64,000 bases of DNA from positions 55,554,001 through 55,618,000 of the forward strand of contig NC_045707.1 in NCBI RefSeq assembly GCF_009834535.1, in the 5' to 3' direction. Shown here piece by piece: positions 27,131-39,714 of this stretch (the first letter of the stretch is position 1; each line of letters opens with the position of its first letter). The notes beneath the pieces were generated by a model, which did no database searches, had not been told where the DNA came from, and was given only the letters and a program-made list of their open reading frames with translations. Source of the DNA: Camelus ferus. Lineage: Eukaryota. The position numbers and the translations under genes were made by a program.

Positions 27131-27877
27131 TTTTTTAAATTCAAGTACCAGCTTTTCCCTTCCTTTTGAGAGTGTCATCTACCACTTGTATACTTGGAAA
27201 ACGTAATTCACATCTACTTTTAGGGTCTTCATTTATTTACCAGCTACAATATGGAGCCACTGACTAAGATATCCATCAGTAATTGTGCTTCTGCTTCTGA
27301 AGGGGTAGTGTAGAGTAAGACACGTTTTTCTCTCCTGCCACGAAACTACTATGCAGTCTTGAAAATGGAAAAATGGTAGATTACCTTGGTCTGAAGAAAA
27401 GGCATTCAAAAATATTAAACAAATGAGATCACTACTAGATTCTGTAACAATAATCAGCAGAAGTTTTAAAGCCATAGAATTAGCTTTTCTGAATTCAAAA
27501 TGAGGCTAGTATCTTCTTACCCTGAAAGTCTGATGTTATATGCAGGTTATAACATATGTGGAAATTCCATAAGGTTTTCACATGGAGGCCAGTGCAAAAC
27601 TCCCTGTTTTAATATATAACCCTTCTATCCCTTCTCTCTTAGTGGCTTCCACATAATTTTTAAAAATAGTTGCCCCTCTGTCTCTAACCACTGCCCAAAA
27701 GGAATTTTAGTAAAATGCATGGTTTTCCTTGGAAACATCAATTAAAACATGAATGATCAAATCTACAATATCCCTAGCTTCCTGCCCCACAAGCAGTCTG
27801 GATAAAATAGCTACTCAACTCACTCTTTTTACCTGTGCTAATTACAACACTGAGTTTCATAAATTTACTTATCAATA

Positions 27878-28357
27878 TGTGAACGAAAAATACTGCAAAC
27901 CGTAACAGTAAACAAAGAATGTTGAAAGCATCAAGTCACCAGCAGATGTCCCCCACACCCCCGTGAAGACAAGCCTGCAGCCCAGCCTCTGCAGCCACTC
28001 ACAATGGTGCCCTCTGAGGGGACTCAGAATAAGAAAGGACAGGATACTGGCCCTAGACAGCTAGGTGCTTGTCAAAGGAATGAATTCAATGAGCCCAAAT
28101 GTTTGCTTCTTCACATATATAGAAAAGCACTAAATTCTTTAACTTGAGATGACAGGTTTTCTTTAGCTAACAAGTAATTTTTTAATGTTCCAACTACCTG
28201 GTCTTTGTGTTAAAGTTCCTGTATATCCTAGCTCCTCCCCTACCTCTTTGGAGCAGTCCCTCAGAGCGATCGGAGAGGCTGTCATCCTGGATCGAGTCCT
28301 CCCGCCAAATAAAACATAACTCTCAACTTTTAGGCTGCTCATTTATTTCAGTCGACA
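27878..28357 (+). mobile_element. ERV1 solo LTR, artiodactyl MER41-like (480 bp)
   Basis: TGTGAAC...GTCGACA termini; perfect 4-bp TSD AATA/AATA; AATAAA at 28308-28313; 3' end ctctcaacttttaggctg...tttcagtcgaca resembles MER41_BT-type LTRs. Confidence 0.85.
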
Positions 28358-28809
28358 AATATAAACACATTGTTTCCTCTCATTTCTTCCTAAACATCTT
28401 TTTCAAGCTAAATTCAGGTGCCCAGTGTAAAAGGTTATACTTTATAACGTTTATGGGTGGTGTTGATTTCCATCAGGTTATCCTCATCTATCTTCCCTCT
28501 TCTCTTTCCTTGATCATGTAAATTATTAATCTTAGACTCTGTGATTGCTTCCCTTAGGCAAAGAAAATGGAAACTCTCATCGTATGTTGGAGGAAATGGG
28601 GTCTATTAGAGATGACTGCAGACACCACTTCTCTGTTCCATTTCCATCACTCTCTCCGATGGTGCCACAGTCGCGGTGACCACACTGACTATTCTTATAA
28701 GGAAGAGTTCAAATCCCTTTCCAAAGTTATAGAGCTAGTTTGTGGCCTACTCTCTTATAAATGAATACAGAGTTGAGATGCTTTTCCCTTAATCTCACTC
28801 ATAGGTAAA

Positions 28810-29330
28810 GTCTTATGAAGCTTGTCTCTATCCAGCCTGCCTCAGGATCTCTTTCTGCAGCTGGACACCCATTAAGAGGGTACTCTGTCGTCCAGAACGT
28901 CGGAGATCAGGAGTGTCTGTGGTGTTGCCATCTTCACAGATTAGGTTAAGTCAGTCTGGGCCCAGCAGCATCTGAAGAGGGCTCTGATTTATTCTTATCC
29001 TTATCGTGCCTGTTTGTCTTTGTTTTCCATCACTAAGCAAATTCCCTACCCATGACTAACAACCCCTCCCTGTACCCACCTCAATTTCACAGTAATTCAC
29101 ATTCTTAGAAAATAGCCTCTGATGAGGAACTTTGCCAAAATCTAAATGAAGTGTAAATAACACATATTCCCTAGCCTGCACTAATCCGTTACTTTAGTTA
29201 CCCACTCAAAGATCTTTAATAGTCAAGGATGATTTCCTTTTACAAAAACCAGGTTCACTTCCTACCAGGTCATATTTATTTATAGTTTCAACATTCTTAC
29301 CTTTTATCACAGATTCTACTGGCTTATTGA
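28810..29330 (-). mobile_element. CR1/L3 LINE reverse-transcriptase remnant
   Basis: Manual minus-strand translation across frameshifts gives KPVESVIK..GFCKRKSSLT / IFEWVTK / FGKVPHQRLF / SWVGNLLSDGKQR / LLGP / F.DD (GACGAC at 28887-28892), colinear with CR1 RT motifs. Confidence 0.8.
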
Positions 29331-30559
29331 TTCCAAACTTTACACTAGATAAAACATATCTAGTCCGAGAGAATTATTTACATTTAAAATGTCAACATAG
29401 ACTTTAAAATTAGATTTATCTATCACTACTTCACATATCACTCACAGAAACCTTACAAAACAATACTTCAAGAAAAAGTAAAATCACCCCAGTTTCCTCA
29501 GTCAAAACCAAGGCATGAGAAAACGAAATAAAGAGAATGTTTGTGACAACATAGATTATTCAAAGACGTAATTCAAAGATAAGAGCTATCTCTACCCAGA
29601 ATAAATTCCTCAAGACTAGAGATATTCAAGTACATAGTGCAGATAAACTCCAAGTGTCTGAGGTGTAGAAACTGGGAAGGAGAGAGAAAAAGAGCAAAAG
29701 AGTAGCAGACTATGTCAGATCACCTTTAGAATTCTGAGATTTTGTGATTCCATTCAATTGTCCCCTATTATCTTCACAGTCTCCTGCTTATTTCACAAGT
29801 GTAACATTCTCCAAAAAAAACAAAAATCAAAGGGAAGGGGGAACTATGGTTTGTTTGTTTTTTTTTTTTTTACATATTTCATGTAATAAGTACTTAATTC
29901 TTTTCTAGAAAACTAGATTTTATTCTGTTTCTTATCTAATAGCTTTGAACATAATGTTAGTACCCTAGGTTGTGTTTAAGAATAATGTTCTATCTATATA
30001 AAACATTGCATTTAACATCATCTCAAGAGTTGAAGTTGTTTCATGAGTCACAGCAATTCTTTCTAGGTCAAAACCTGGCAGACAATGGAACAAGTATCTC
30101 TTTCCCCTGTCATAATGAAATCTTTTTTGTGTGATTTTTCAATTATACATGCCCCGAAAAAGCCACCTGTAGCTTTTTGATTTGCACAAACACTCTAACA
30201 TATTACTTTTCCAAACTACTTTGATAATTAACTAGCCAATTGCTCTGCCCAATTAGAATTCAGAAAGTCACATTTGCATTTGCCAATAATTTACCATTTC
30301 TTTCCTTCTAACTCTTTTTGCTATTTGAAATTAGCTTTTATTTCTTTGATTTTGGTTTGATGGTTATCACAGTGGCATTGTGGTTATCACATTGGTTTCA
30401 TATGGCATTTTTTAAAAACACTCAATGTAAAGTGACAATAGAGTGTCTCTAATAACTGCCTGAGAGATTTAAATTCCCTTTCTTTTCCACTTTTATAAAG
30501 CCCATGCTAAATTAACGTTATTTTTCTTTCTGTTTCAGTTACCATTTTTCTTTCTGCAT

Positions 30560-30950
30560 AATTATTCTTTTAGTTATACATAAATATAACTCTTATTAAA
30601 AAATGAAATGTTACAGAAAAAGCTAAAGTCTCCTTCATATCATTGTCAATTCCACTCCTCAGCTGTAACCACCATGTCTACATAGATACTCTATTGTACT
30701 TCTGTGCGTTTACACCAATATATGCACCCATAGAAAATGCAGTCCTGTTATGTAGGGTTATTTTTTTTTAATGCTACAATATCCGAGAGATCTATCACAC
30801 CACCTCTTTCTTTTCAACTCTTACGTCACAATCCATAGAATGAATATATCATTATTTATCCATTCTCTTATTGGTGGACATTTAATTATTTTCAAAATGT
30901 TTATCAATAGTGTTTTAGTGAATATCCTCGTACCTGATTTCTTAAGTACA
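30560..30950 (-). mobile_element. L1ME-type 3' fragment
   Basis: ttatttatccattctcttattggtggacatttaattattttc...gtgaatatcctcgtac. Confidence 0.65.
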
Positions 30951-31422
30951 TAGCACTTAATATTCTCCCCCTTTTCTTCTTTACCTGATTCAACTTCTGT
31001 CTAAATGTCATTCAAGGTATCTCAAATATTACTAATATCTGGAAATCTATATAATAGTATTTTTTTTTCTCCCTAGAATGAAAATGACTTCTTATTTGGA
31101 CACAATATAGCCCAGTTTCTTTTATAGTTACTTATCTGGAATATCCCAAGGAGTAGACAATTTTCTTAATTTTTATTCACTAAGCAAATCTTTGCAAGCA
31201 TGATCTATGTAACAAAGAACTGTTCTAGATACTAGAAATGCAACAAGAAACAAAACACCATAGGCTTTGCCAAAAGGAAAAAGGGCCATCTCGTATATCC
31301 TGATTCCCTTTCAGTGCTGAACATGTCATAATTGATATAAATGTTCAATAAATCTTTTGGGAAGGCTGACTTATGCTCATGATGTGATATAAATAAATGA
31401 GCCAGGATAACTATATACCTAG

Positions 31423-31872
31423 TGTGATAGTTAATTTTATATCAACTTATTTGAGCCATGGTGCCCTGCTGTGTGATCAAACATTATTCTGGATGTTTCT
31501 GTAATGATGTTTTCTGAAAAGATTAACATTTATATCAGTTGATTTTGAATAAAGCAAACTGTCCTCCATAATATGGGTGGGCCTCATCCAATCAGTTGAA
31601 AACCTGAATAGCACAAAAACCGACATCGCCTGAACAAAGACAAGATTCTGTCAGTAGACAGCCTTTGAACTTGAACTGCAACAGGTCCTCTCCTTTAGGT
31701 CTTCAGCCTGATGACCTCTGGACTAGAATAGCAGCTTTTAGACAAACCACACGCCAGCCTCCACAATAACATGAACCGACTCCTTAAAATAAAAACACAT
31801 GCGCACGCACTCGCTTGCAGACACACACACCCTCTATTGGTTCTATTTCTCTGGAGAACCCTGACTAATACA
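31423..31872 (+). mobile_element. MLT2 (ERVL) LTR, complete
   Basis: tgtgatagttaatttt...gggtgggcctcatccaatcagttgaa...tattggttctatttctctggagaaccctgactaataca. Confidence 0.9.
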
Positions 31873-32339
31873 CAGAAGGGAGATAGCAAAATAGTTTAGT
31901 TCTTACTCAAGGACCATGGGGAGGCTCTGTAGTAACCTGTGTTACTGCTGCCCTTCCCTTTGTGAAGACTGCCAAAATTAGGCTTGGCTATGTACTAATG
32001 GGATCCCTGCCCATGGGAGAACTCTCCTTCCCCATTCTGTCAACAAAATAAAGCTTTCCACATGACTTACTTCAGTCAACAAATGAGTGAATGTAACCTA
32101 TGCCACTTGCAAGTATACACTATTTTCCCTCCATCACACAAACAGCATGTCCTAGAGACTGCTCCCTCCTACTGAACACCAGACGAAAAGGCACAGAGAC
32201 TACAGCTATGACTAATTTATAAGTGCTGAACATACATGTGAGTAAGAGAGAAACCTTGCTTGTTTTAATCATTTTGCAACTTCCATTACTATAGCAAAAA
32301 TAGCCTTCTGCAGCTTCCATTGTTACAGCAAAAGTAGTA

Positions 32340-32524
32340 CAGGTAAAGCTTGAACAGTGAAGTGGTTTGGTGCACCATCTCTTTGCATAGTCAAAAACCC
32401 ACATATACTTTATTGTCAGCCCTTCATACATGTAGTCTCTCCATGTTTGCAGTTCCACATGCATGGATTCAACCAATCATGGACTATGTAGTACTATCGT
32501 ATTTACTACTGAAGAAAAATATGC
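32340..32524. mobile_element. MER8-like TcMar-Tigger MITE, right end missing
   Basis: TA|CAGG...cttgaaca; atggattcaaccaatcatggactatgtagtactatcgtatttactactgaa. Confidence 0.65.
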
Positions 32525-32901
32525 CTGTTGGCCACTCACATAACCTCTTTGGAAAAATGTCTACTCAGTTCCTCTGCCCATTTTCTAATTTTTTTATTTT
32601 TTGATGTTAAGAGCTATTTATATATTTTGGATATTAATCCTTTATCAATCATATCATTTCCAAATATCTTCTCCCATTCAGCAGACTTTTTATTTTGTCA
32701 GTAGTTTCCTTTGCTGTGCAAAAGCTTTTAAGTTTAATTAGGCCCCATTTGTTTATTTTTGCTTTTATTTCTTTTACCTTAGGAAACATATAGAAAAAGA
32801 TACTGCTGCAATTTATGTCAAAGAGTATTCTGCCTATGTTTTCCTAGGAGTTTTATAGTATTCAGTCTTACATTTAGGTCTTTAATCCATTTTGAGTTTA
32901 T
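32525..32901 (-). mobile_element. L1 ORF2 internal fragment
   Basis: tttgctgtgcaaaagcttttaagtttaattagg...aggtctttaatccattttgagtt; homologous to 7900-8290. Confidence 0.9.
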
Positions 32902-33592
32902 CTGGGGCCAAAGGAGACTTCTGGGAATTTAAAGGAAATCCTGGAGATCTACATTACTAGGGAACTTTGAAAATCTCCAACAGGACATATTCTGGAGTTC
33001 TGAAAGAATGCACACATGTCAAGGAGACACCTAGGACAGAAGAAGGCTCCAATTGCTCACCTATAGTTAACATTAAGGCTTGCACAACCATTGTGAAAAG
33101 CTAAGACTGTCCTGTAAAATGTGAAAAGTCTGAGGTAAACCATCTTACACAGATCCCCTTGGCAAAGGGTGGAAAACAGACAAGGCATTTAAGAAAATAT
33201 GATTGATCACTGACAGACCATTAAATTACACTTAAGCATGTGAGACCTCTAGAAAGCAGGGTTAAAAAAAACAAGCACTTAAAAACAAAAAGCTAGTAGT
33301 AGTAGAAATCTCAGTGTCCACATACCACAGGGAATACAGAAGCTACAGAATTAGTCAAAGGTTTCTAAACAATAAGCAGCAACAAGGGAAAAAAAGCAAC
33401 AATAAATGCTAGAGAGTAGAGAAATTCCATACCAGAGGTGACAGATTTCTAAAATGTCCCATTTCAACCAAGAATTATGGAGAAATGAAAACAAAAAGGA
33501 AAGTATGCCACATGTACAAGGAGTGAGGGATTGGGGGAAGCAGCCAACAGAAAATGTCCCAGAGGAAAGCCCAGACATTGGAATTAGCAGGC
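32902..33592 (+). mobile_element. Old L1 5' UTR/ORF1-start fragment
   Basis: aaaatgtcccatttcaaccaagaattat...cagaaaatgtcccagaggaaagcccagacattgga. Confidence 0.55.
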
Positions 33593-33619
33593 ATTACATT
33601 TCCTATAGAAAATGGATAA

Positions 33620-34250
33620 ATTCATTGACATATAATTTTGTTCATAGTAGTCACTTATGATCCTTTTTATCTCTGTGGCATTAGTTGCAATGTCTCCTCT
33701 TTTATTTCTGATTGCAAATGTTCTTTTTTCCTTAATTTAGCTAATGGTTTGTCAATTTTGTTTCATTTTGAAAAAAAAAACAGTTTTCCTGATTTTTTTC
33801 TATTATTTTTCTATTTTGTTTATTTTGAGCTCATCTTTTTATGTTGTACTTTCATTTTGGTTTGCCTCAGGGTATTTACTAACTTCCTTTTTGATGTCTT
33901 CTTTGACCTAATGGCTGTTCAAGAGTGAGTTCTTAAGTTTCCACATATTTGTAAATTTCCCAGTTCCCTTTTGCTATTGATATCTTGTTTCACTCCACTG
34001 TCGTCAGAAAAGACACTTGGTATGATTTCAATCTTCTTAAATTAAATCTCCTTAAAATCTTAACTTTGTTAAGATTTGTTTTGTGACCTAATATGTAATC
34101 TATCCTGGAGAAAGTTCTGTATGCATTTAAGAATGTGTATTCTGCTACTGTTGGGTGAAATGTTCTGTATATGTCTATTGGGATCAATTTGTCAATTATA
34201 TTAATGTTTTAAGTATCTTGTTTCCCTATTGATTTGTCTAATGTTCTAGT
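33620..34250 (-). mobile_element. L1 ORF2 endonuclease-region fragment
   Basis: ORF 33990-34187(-) DIYRTFHPTVAEYTF...FSRIDYILGHKTNLNK is the L1 endonuclease domain. Confidence 0.92.
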
Positions 34251-36214
34251 TTTCTGTTTTAACCAAAGAAAAGAGTATAATGTGCTGAATATTGTGTCTA
34301 GTATCTTAGAAAATTGTTTTTGGTAAAAGAAAAGACATTTTTTAAAGGAAAGCATAAAATAGTAAGCATCTTATAGAAGGAAATAAGACGAATTTTGACA
34401 GCGATTGGGATATATTCCATATGACTTGGTAAGAATCAGTTTTTGCTACCTTTTAAAAATAAACATATTATGTCCTGAAGAAAGAACACACGAATTTTAT
34501 TTTTAGAATTTATCAAAAATACCTTGATCATTTTTGTAGCCTCAGAAAACACTTTAGTGATGCTTTAAAAAAAAAAAAAAACTAACCTATCCTGCTTCAG
34601 TTTTTGTGGCTGTTTATTTCTAGCTAATTACACATCCCAGAGACAAAGGTCTAGAATAGCTGAGAAGAATTGCTTATACTTGAAAATGCCACTTTTAGCA
34701 GTCAGTAATTTTTGTTCCCAAGGACTCTTCCATCGAGAAAAAAAAAATGCTTTTTTAAAAAAAATGACAGGGATGGAGGTGAGAATAAAGAGAAAAGTAA
34801 GTAAAAAGAAAGCTGTCCTTATATTCAAGGCCATACACTACTGTGTATCCGAATTCAGAGTATCTCAACAGACCAAAATATCCAATTTGTAAAAATCTTT
34901 TCATTTTGAAAAAAATATAAGAACATCCCTTACAGTATATTTGACTTCCGATTTCTCATTTTTGATGGAATCGTGTTTCCTATCCACAGCAGGAGCTCTC
35001 TTATAAGGTTCCAGCAAAATGTCAGCACCTCCCATGGAGATAGATGTCAACATTGTATCTTGAGCAGAGATACTGAGAGTGATTGGGTTATTTACTTTAC
35101 GGCTTCATAATACTGTGAGGTAACATTCATACCACATATCGTACCTTAAGAATGGTTTTATTTATTCATATATTTGAACCTCTCTATAACCCTGTCCTTA
35201 GGTTCCTTGTTCTAAATCTCATTGCTGTATCTTTCTGACCTTTTAGTAGTTCATAAGGAATTCACCACATCCTCATTCTATACCATACTTGATACAGTAA
35301 ATAAGACTGTTTTAATCCTAAAATATACTTTAAGATATACTTTTATTATGAAAAGAATTTCTTCTCTTGTGAAAGTTGGTGCTCTGCACAAAATAAACCA
35401 CATTACTCACACATTGTCTGTTCATCCCTCTGGAATATGCTTATGTAGAAGAATTTTTCCATCAAAAAAGAGCCACAGATTTTGTTCTGAACTAAGGAAT
35501 CCATTATACATTTAAGTAAATTTGACTCTGTTTAAATAGTCTCAATGCTTTGTAAAATTAAACTTGGCTGATTGTTTGTTTTCTAGGGTGATCATTAAAG
35601 GACAAAGCAGAATGTGAGAGCAAAGCATTATTGGCAAGCGTTACTTGTTTGCTTCTCTCTGTAAATGAGCAGCCAATGTAACTTCTGTGCTTATGACAGT
35701 GTTCCAAGCAACCCATTTCTCTCAATCTAACATCCATTTGGCCATGAAAGTCTTATTTATTATCAATTCATCCTCTACTCTTCACGACTATTGCAGCTGC
35801 CTTACCTCAGACCCTCATTTTTTTTTCTTTCTCTTAAAGTTAAATGTTTTGTATTTTAAAATAACCTCAAACATACAGAAAAGTAGCCAGAACTCCTATA
35901 TCCCCTTCAATTTGAATACCCAGTTGTTAACATTTTACCACATTTGCCCCATTGTGTCCTCCTGCATACATACACACACAATGTGACTGTGTATATAATA
36001 CACACATGTATGTACCTAAGTCCTTTTCAGAACTTTTTGAGAGCAAGCTGCAGATTTAATAACCCCATTTTCCTTAAATACCCCAAACACTCCAGTATGT
36101 ACTTCTTTAAAACTCTACATCTATATAAACTACCATATAACCCTCCAAATCAGTTATTCAACACTGATACCACCACCTTCTCAGACTTTTTTCCAAATGT
36201 ATTTGCTGTCCCAC

Positions 36215-38173
36215 CGTGATAGATCAAAGATGGCTGCAATAACTTTGCTATTTGTCTCATCAAGATGTATCATCCAATATTACAGAGTTACAGTCATCAA
36301 AACAGCATGGTATTGGCATAAAAACAGACACATGGATCAATGGAACAGAACAGAGAGCCCAAAAATAAACCTGCAGACCTATGGTCAATTACTCTTTGAC
36401 AAAGGAGGCAAGAATATACAATAGAGAAAAGACAGCCTCTTCAGCAAGTGGTGTTGGGAAAACTAGATAGCAACCAGTAAATTAATGAATTTAGAAAACT
36501 CCCTCACTCTATACACAAAAATTAACTCAAAATGGCTTGAAGATTTAAACGTAAGACATGATAAACCTCCTAGAAGAAAACATAGGCAAAACATTCTGAC
36601 ATAAATCTTAGCAATGCTCTCCTAGCGCAGTCTACCCAGGAAATGGAAACAAGTACAAAAATAAACAAATGGGACCTAATTAAACTCATAAGCTTTTGAA
36701 CAGCAAAGGAAATCATAAGCAAAACAACAACCTACGGAATAGGAGAAAATATTTCCAAATCATGTGACTGACAAAGGCTTAATTTCCAGAATATATAAAC
36801 AGCTCATACAACTTAACAAAAAAACAAACAACCCAATCCAAAGATGGGCAGAGGACCTAAACAAGCAATTCTCCAAGGAAGACATACAAATGATCAATAG
36901 GCACATGCAAAAATGCTCAATATCACTACTTATCAGAGAAATGCAAATCAAATCTGCAATGAGGTATCACCTCACACCAGTCAGAATGGCCATCATTCAA
37001 AAGTCCATGAATGATAAATGCTGGAGAAGGTGTGGAGAAAAGGGAACCTCCTGCACTGTTGATGGGAATATAGTTTGGTGCAGCCATTATAGAAAACAAT
37101 AGGGAGATTCCTCAAAAAAACTAAAAATAGACTTACCATATGATCCAGCAATCCCACTCCTGGGTGTATATCAGGAGGGAACTCTAATTCAAAAAGATAC
37201 ATGCATCCCAATGTTCATAACAGCACTCAATAGCCAAGACATGGAAGCAACCTAAATGTCCATTAACAGATGACGAGATAAAGAAGTTGTGGTATATTTA
37301 TACAATGGAGTATTACTCAGTCATAAAAAAGAATAAAATAATGCCATTTGTAGCAACATGGATGGACCTAGAAATCATCATTCTAAGTGAAATAAGCCAG
37401 AAAGAGAAAGAAAAATACCATAAGATATCACTCGTATGTGGAATCTTAAAAAAAAAAAAAAAAGAACACTATGAACTTATCTACAAAATAGAAACAGACT
37501 CGCAGACGTAGTAAACAATCTTATGGTTACTGGGGAAAGGAGGTAGGAAGAGATAAATTTGGGAGTTTGAGATTTACAAATGTTAGCCACTATATATAAA
37601 AATATATTTTTAAAAAATGTTTCTTTTGTATAGCACAGGGAACTATGTTTAATATCATGTAATACCATTTAATGAAAAAGAATATGAAAATGAATATATG
37701 TATGTATATACATGATGGGGACATTGTGCTGTACACCAGAAATAGACACATTGTGACTGACTACACTTCAATTAAAAAAAAAAAGTGTCATCTAATTCCT
37801 CTACCCTTAAATCAGGGCTGACATTAATGACTCTTACCAATACTATTCATGGGCTCCTGAGCTGCCATATAAAATGTTTCATTTCCTGAGACCACTATGC
37901 TGCAGTGGCCACAGGTAAGAAGTAACTCTGAAAGTCCCAGCTGAGCCCAGTCTTCCAACCATCCCTGCCAAGACTCTAGAAATGTGATTGAGGCTGTACT
38001 GGGCCCTCTATTCCTGCCCATCTGCCAACAGTCAATACCACATTACAAAGAATAATTGTTCAGGTAAGTCTGGCCTAAATTTCTGACCTAAAAAATCATG
38101 AGACATAATATAATGCCTATTTCTTTGTGTCACTAAGTTACGGGGAAATCTTTGCCCAGAAATAGATAAAACA
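36215..38173 (+). mobile_element. MLT1 LTR (36215-36274 and 37785-38173) split by an L1
   Basis: gtgatagatcaaagatggctgc start; cactaagtt...aatagataaaaca end; flanks TCCCAC/TCTCAC. Confidence 0.7.
36275..37784 (+). mobile_element. Lineage-specific L1, 5'-truncated (1.5 kb; ORF2 C-terminus, 3' UTR, polyA)
   Basis: ORFs [29 protein letters not shown]...[24 protein letters not shown]; polyA to 37784; TSD GTATCATC/GTGTCATC. Confidence 0.96.
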
Positions 38174-39714
38174 TCTCACAAAGTCTCATTTTTCTTTCTA
38201 GTCTAATACCCTAGAAATATGCTTACACTTGGTTATTGTGTATTACAGACTCCTTCAATCTGGAACTTTTTGAGTCCTTCTCAGTCTTTCATGTTATTAT
38301 AGTTTTGAAGAGAACAGGTCTTGCAGTCTGTAGGGTGGCTTTCAGCCTGGACCCATCTAAAGAGTCTTCATGACCAGACTCACATTATGCATTTCTGGCA
38401 GGAAAACCACAGAAATGATGCTGTGCTCTTTGTGGTGCCTCACATCAGGTAAGGCATACAATGTCACTCTGTCCCAACACTAGTAATATCAGTGTTGATG
38501 ATCTTGTCTTGGTGGTGATGTCTACTGGCTTTCTTCACCTTAAATTCACAAATTTTCTGTTTATAATTGATTAGTATTTAGTGGAGAGGTGTTCCAAAAT
38601 TATACTACTACTCTGTTCCTCAAATTCTACCTGCCAGCCTTAGCACCCATGGGCAATTTTCAATGAAATCAACCTTATCCGACGGCTGTCAAAGGATGAT
38701 TCTCTATTTCCAGCATTTACTGAAACTCTCTGAGGAATAGCTTTCCATTCTCTGCCATTTACCTATTTGCTTACTTATTAATGCATATTAGCATACATTA
38801 ATAGATTTTATTATATCAATAATTAATTACTAGCAATATTTTGATACTGAAGTCCCCCTCTATTAATCCACTGAAATGCCTTCAAAATTATTATTTTATC
38901 ATTTTACAACATCTTTATTATTTTTGAGGACTTTTTTTTTTTTTTCCCACAACATGTTTAAAGTCTATCTTGGACCTTCTCTGTCCCAACCTGTAATCAG
39001 CCATTTCCCCTTTAAGGGAAGATGATGTTTAGAAAACAAATTCTGGGCATTGGTGGCATTCATGGCTCCTGAGGCATTATTGTTTCTAAGCCCTCTCAGA
39101 ACTAGGCAACATTTATATTACATCCGTATAATTACATCTATACAATGTTACTTAAGTGATACATATACATACTAGAAATTTGCACTGATGCCTCATATTA
39201 CCATCTAAGATCAATTCTTTCAAGTCTTCTCCGTATCCCTGATTGTACTGTATCTCCTCCGGGTCTGAGAAACCTGACTCAAAGCTGACGCAAAATGTAT
39301 CACTTGCTTAATGTACTGTTTGTCTGATGTAACCCGTCTTCCAACACATGAACCATCTCCTCCTGTTGCTGCGTCTGCAGCAGCCCTGCCTGGCCCCATG
39401 TCCTCTTTTTCCAGACCCGCCATCTCATGCCTCCATGGAGTTCCTCAACTCTGGACTGATTCTTCTTGCAGCTCCACAACCCTCCCTCCTTGCTCCATGT
39501 CTTTGGCTGCCATATTGACTGTGCCAGGAAGGTAGTGGATGACAGTAAAAGAAAAAAAGTGGGGGGGATGGGAAGGAAGGAGGAGCCCTTGTTCTTTCTT
39601 GTGACACTGAATACCTTCTTAACTGTTCTCCTTGCCCAGACTTGCCCCGCACCTCATGTCTTTCCAACCCGACATACTAGAGGCAGACTATTCCTAAAAT
39701 ATGTACTACAATAT

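Larger units (their letters stand above)
35820..39230 (-). mobile_element. L1MC-type 3' fragment (35820-36214 and 38174-39230) hosting nested insertions
   Basis: aaacatacagaaaagt...gttaacattttaccacatttg; ggcaggaaaaccacagaaatgatgctgtg; aatcagccatttccc...ttagaaaacaaattctggg. Confidence 0.7.

Noticed and set aside
34990..35119. Plus-strand exon-like segment (tttcctatccacag| ... GAG|GTAACA)
   Set aside because: Stops in all three frames and no linked exon; cannot be told apart from a pseudo-exon
35090..35128. miR-200/miR-8-like sequence TAATACTGTGAGGTAACATTC at 35108-35128
   Set aside because: The only stem is ~11 bp with four G-U pairs and the seed falls in the loop, so it is not a pre-miRNA hairpin
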